Shown here in pieces: positions 60,091 through 64,000 of a stretch of 64,000 nt of DNA. Source of the stretch: Ministeria vibrans ATCC 50519. Taxonomy: Eukaryota; Protista; Filasterea. Position 1 is the first letter of the stretch, and each line of letters begins with the position of its first letter. The stretch lies in NCBI GenBank assembly GCA_943704425.1, contig CALSCP010001494.1:86848-150847 (forward strand), written 5' to 3'. The translations under genes and the position numbers were made by a program. The notes under the pieces are model-generated. The model had not been told where the DNA came from and searched no databases. It was given only the letters and a program-made list of their open reading frames with translations.

Positions 60091-61510
60091 TTACTTCTTT
60101 GACTTTGCAGCGGCAATCTGTTCGTTGAGGGCGGGCAAGAGCTGTCCGTTGCGCGCGAGTGCCTCGAGAAAGCGAATGATAAAGGGAATGTAGTTGTGTT
60201 TGCGCCGCTCATTCTCAATGTGGTACTGAGAGAACTTTTCTTGCTCGGCTGAAATGCGCACACGCAGACTGTCGACGCGCTCTGTTGCCGCAGCAACATC
60301 GCCATCGGGTGTCGCTTGTGCCCGTGCCAGTGCTGCCTCTGCCTCTACCAACTCCGCCTCGGCCCGCGCCCGGATGCTGTCCACCACTGCCATGAGCGCA
60401 AAGTGGATCTCGCCCGACGCATATCGCTCCATTCGTTGCTGCACCGCCGGCCGTGCCTTCTCCAGCCAGTCGTCACCCCCGTACTCACCTACACCATATA
60501 ATTAATATTCGACACACCTTTTGTGTCTCGTACCAAGGTCAATGGGCCCATCCAGCAGCCCGTCCAGCTCGTAAACGTGTCCTTTGAAGGGCAGGTACGC
60601 CACAAAATGGTATACGTCGTCGTCCTTGGTCGCACGCCTCGTCGACTGCTCCAGTGTATAGTCTTCCTGTCGTGCAAAGCTGTTGTGCACTCGTCGCATC
60701 ACCTCACTGTTACTGATACACATTCCTTTCATCTACATACATATTGGTGAGTTGCATTCATCGTCGCGTCTCTGAGTTCCCGACTGCTTTTTGTGTACAT
60801 AACTGCAAGTCAGTTACGTACCTCAGCTGGAAATTCGGCTGTAAACTCTTTGAATCGACTCAATTCGTCGCCCAATTCCAGGTTCTCGGCGTTGAGCAAA
60901 ATGTTCAAAATGGCCTGTGTGCCACAGGCGTTTTGAATCGTCTACGGCGCAAATCAGACATTGCAATCATTCAGTGTGAGTGAACTTTTAACTTTGACTT
61001 GAGTCAAACCTGCTTGGCAAAAAACAGCCCTGGTGGTGGCTCCACTGTGCTGGCGGACGAAGACTTGGTTGCTTCGGTCCACTTGAAGAGGAAGATGAGG
61101 CCGTGGACAGGTCTGAAAATGGCAGAGAGCAACAGACAGAGAACACGGAGGTGAGTGAGTCATGAACAATCAAGTCGAAGCGGAGCAGCGTAAGCATGCG
61201 CGACGGAGCGGGGAAGCGGACGAGGGGATGGGCGATGACTATCTGTCGCGCGCGAGCGAGCTCGTCGAGTGGCNNNNNNNNNNGGGGGGGGGCACGCCGT
61301 TGTATAGCGCTCTCGTGCGCCGTGTGGTCGGACACGCGTAAGCGCAGTGGACGTGCGAGCGAGAGCAGAGCCGTACCGGACAGCTTGGAAGCTCCCTTCG
61401 TCCATCGAGTAGATTTCCTCCACCTGCGCATTTTTGACGCCAATGTTGTTGATCAGCTCAGTGAACACACCCGGATCCGACTCGATGGTGCACCAGCCAG
61501 AAGAAGACAT
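60091..61510 (-). CDS. UCHL5: Ubiquitin C-terminal hydrolase L5 (UCH37), multi-exon
   Basis: [30 protein letters not shown]|[44 protein letters not shown]. Confidence 0.96.
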
Positions 61511-61582
61511 AATGGACGGATGAAAAATATGATTATTATTCGAATAATCAATAAATTCAGTAATTTACTTTCTTTTTACGCC

Positions 61583-62220
61583 ATGAGTGCTATGGAAGAC
61601 GATGAGTACATGGGCGAGGTAAGTCGAGCTATCCCTCAAAACCAGATTGCTCCTTCAGCCTCTTGATATTCTTCCTCTTGTCATTGTCTCACTGGTTGTG
61701 TATAGCGCGAACCTCTTTCGCCAGCTGAATCACTGCCCACAGCGATGCTGGTACGAATGCGTTCTCAGGCTACAGTCGAGAGAGCACCACACACATACAT
61801 ACACACACACACACATACAAATAATATTTTATCGTTGGTTGAGCTGTTCGTTTTTCGCTTCGTCTCTTTTCACAGACGGATTCCGTCGATGCAGCGCCCC
61901 TGCAGCAGCCAGCCGCCGACAAGCTGCTTGTTGAAGACCACTCTCTGGTACGGCGTCATCTGTGCGACGTGCCTGGCTCCACAGCACACACACACACACA
62001 CTAACTGTTTCGCTTTCCCTTCATCTGCGCAAAGGATCTCGAAATGTACATTGCGAACTACCAGGGACCCACAAAGGTTGCTCGCCTTCAGCACATCGCC
62101 TCAGTCTGTCCATCTCTGGCAGTAAGTGTTCAATCCCATTATTGTGTCATTTTGTGTGTGTGTGTCTGTGTTGCATTAGTACTCTTCCTGTCACTTTGTA
62201 CTTTGTTTCTTTCTTCTCTC

Positions 62221-62309
<89 letters not shown>

Positions 62310-63319
62310 CACACACACTTTCTTTCTCCCTCCTTTCTATCACTTTGTTTCTTTCTCCCTCCTTTCTATCACTTTGTTCTTTCTCTCTCCTTTCTCTCTC
62401 TATCACTGTGCCTTATCCATTTTGAACATTTTTTTACTTCTTCTTGTCCCTTTGTTTCTTTCTTACCTCTCTTCTTTGTCCTCTCTCTCTCTCTCTCGCT
62501 TGTAGGTTGATGCCTTGCGAATGGCCGCACGTGATCTGAAGAATACAGTCAACACCGCTCAGTATGTGCGTATCATTGAATTGCTCTATGCAACCCTGTA
62601 AGTTGAACATGTTGTTGCGTTTTCTTCACGTTTACTCAATGCACTTTCTTGTTTGCAGTGCCAACGCTAATGTAACTCCTGCCGCCGAAGACCAGTTAGA
62701 TCATGCCTGGGTCGAATCTGTCAACAGAAAGGTGCATCTATGCAGCTTTTGTCTTTGTTCATCTTTTGTCCACATTGTGTAGGCGAATGCAACACTGGTA
62801 CGACTCAACGACGAACTCAAATCGTACCGCAACACATCGATCAAGGAGAGCATTCGCTTGGGTTCCACCGAGATTGGCAACTTCCAGTATGCACGTGGGG
62901 ACTATGGCGAGGCAGGCAAGTCGTACATGCGCACTCGCGACAACTGCACCACTCCCATCCACATTGCCGAGCTCTGCCTCAACGTCATGCGTGTCGGCAT
63001 CCAACAGCGTGCCTGGCAGCAGGTTATGAGCTACGTCAAGAGGGCTGAGACAACTCCGGGCGTGCCTACTTCCTCTCCCGAACTCGCGTACCTCCTGAAG
63101 GTACAAAGACGAAAAAAGAACGAAAAAATGTTCGATCGCGACTCATTAACTCTCCTCTCTTGCATGTGCAGTGTTGTGCTGGTCTTGCGTCGCTCTCCTG
63201 CAGTTCGTATCGTCAAGCAGCCGTTGCATTCCTCGAGGCCAAAATTGATCCTTCCATTTCTTCTCCTTCCGAGTTCTTCTCCTTCCAGGTTCGCTTCTTT
63301 TTCTTTCATATGCACACAC

Positions 63320-63356
<37 letters not shown>

Positions 63357-63765
63357 GAAAGAAACAAAGTGATAGAGAGAGAGGAAGAAAGAAACAAAGT
63401 GATAGAGAGAGAGAGGAAGAAAGAAACAAAGTGATAGAGAGAGAGGAAGAAAGAAACAATGTGATAGAGAGAGAGAGAGAGAGAAAGGAGGGAGAAAGAA
63501 ACAAAGCGATAGAGGGAGTTGGAAGAAATGAGATAGAGAGAAACAAAGTGATAGAGCGAGAGAGAAAAAGAGAGAGGGAGTAAGACACACACACCACTCA
63601 TTTATACACTTCTTAACGTTTTTGTGCGGGTTTCTTTTCTTGTCATGTAGGACATTGCAGTTTACAGTGTCCTCTGTGCCCTTTCCACCTTCACACGACC
63701 CGAAATCAAGCGCCGCCTCATTGAGAATCCTTCCTTCAAAGGATTCCTAGAATACTCTCCAGAGG
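61583..63765 (+). CDS. GPS1: COP9 signalosome subunit 1, multi-exon; continues past the window
   Basis: DLEMYIANYQG..RLQHIA..CP, LDHAWVE, ELKSYRNTSIKESIR.G, GD...A.KSY.RTRDNCT, DIAVYSVLCALSTF.R. Confidence 0.93.
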
Positions 63766-64000
63766 TAACTTATTTGTTTTTGCTATTGTCCTTTTTTTTA
63801 AAAGGGGTTCTTTCTCACCGCTCAATGGCACACTCACTCTATCTATCGCCTTTCAATCAATATGAAACAACCCACTCGCAATATATTTGTCAATGAGAGC
63901 GAAAGAGAGTCCATATGAGCGAAGATTAAAAACAAATCAAAATATATATTTCCGTTTGTTCCACTGCAATCAACTCAGCTGAGATAAATTCCTTCCCTTT

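Overview
Gene-dense, intron-rich eukaryotic DNA (GT-AG introns packed with CA/GA microsatellites; N-gaps at 5754-5761, 10115-10472 and 44696-45079 plus several small ones). The gene content suggests a unicellular holozoan (animal relative): a receptor tyrosine kinase, two GAIN/GPS adhesion GPCRs, Ca-binding EGF arrays and a kintoun homolog. That assignment is inference. About 25 genes can be reconstructed by hand-splicing: RNase Z, WBP4-like, MTR4, a Rab8/Rab3-type GTPase, an L-domain adhesion GPCR, an L-domain/EGF/ZU5-like receptor tyrosine pseudokinase, SIAE, a linker-histone-H1/PADR1 fusion, a small RLE-motif CaaX protein, MFSD13A, ASF1, RPS15, GINS1, EXOSC7, an EGF adhesion GPCR, G6PD, POLR3K, a PKD-domain membrane protein, an RXYLT1-like glycosyltransferase, a short DNAAF2, an RBPMS/MEC-8/Whi3-like polyQ RRM protein, NDUFB2 (absent from the ORF track), a 2xRRM protein, UCHL5 and CSN1. 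The most unusual items are: (1) histone H1 fused to a PARP1 Zn3 (PADR1)-like domain with no catalytic domain, transcribed head-to-head with a predicted prenylated micro-protein carrying CAP-like RLE motifs; (2) a predicted catalytically dead RTK with about 27 EGFs, an extracellular ZU5-like module and 20 YxN motifs, in tandem with an adhesion GPCR that has the same type of L-domain repeats; (3) a dispersed intronic AACAAAGTGATAGAG motif; (4) a scrambled patchwork of foreign gene fragments inside an MTR4 intron, most likely an assembly chimera. All family calls rest on motifs recalled from knowledge; no database searches were run.
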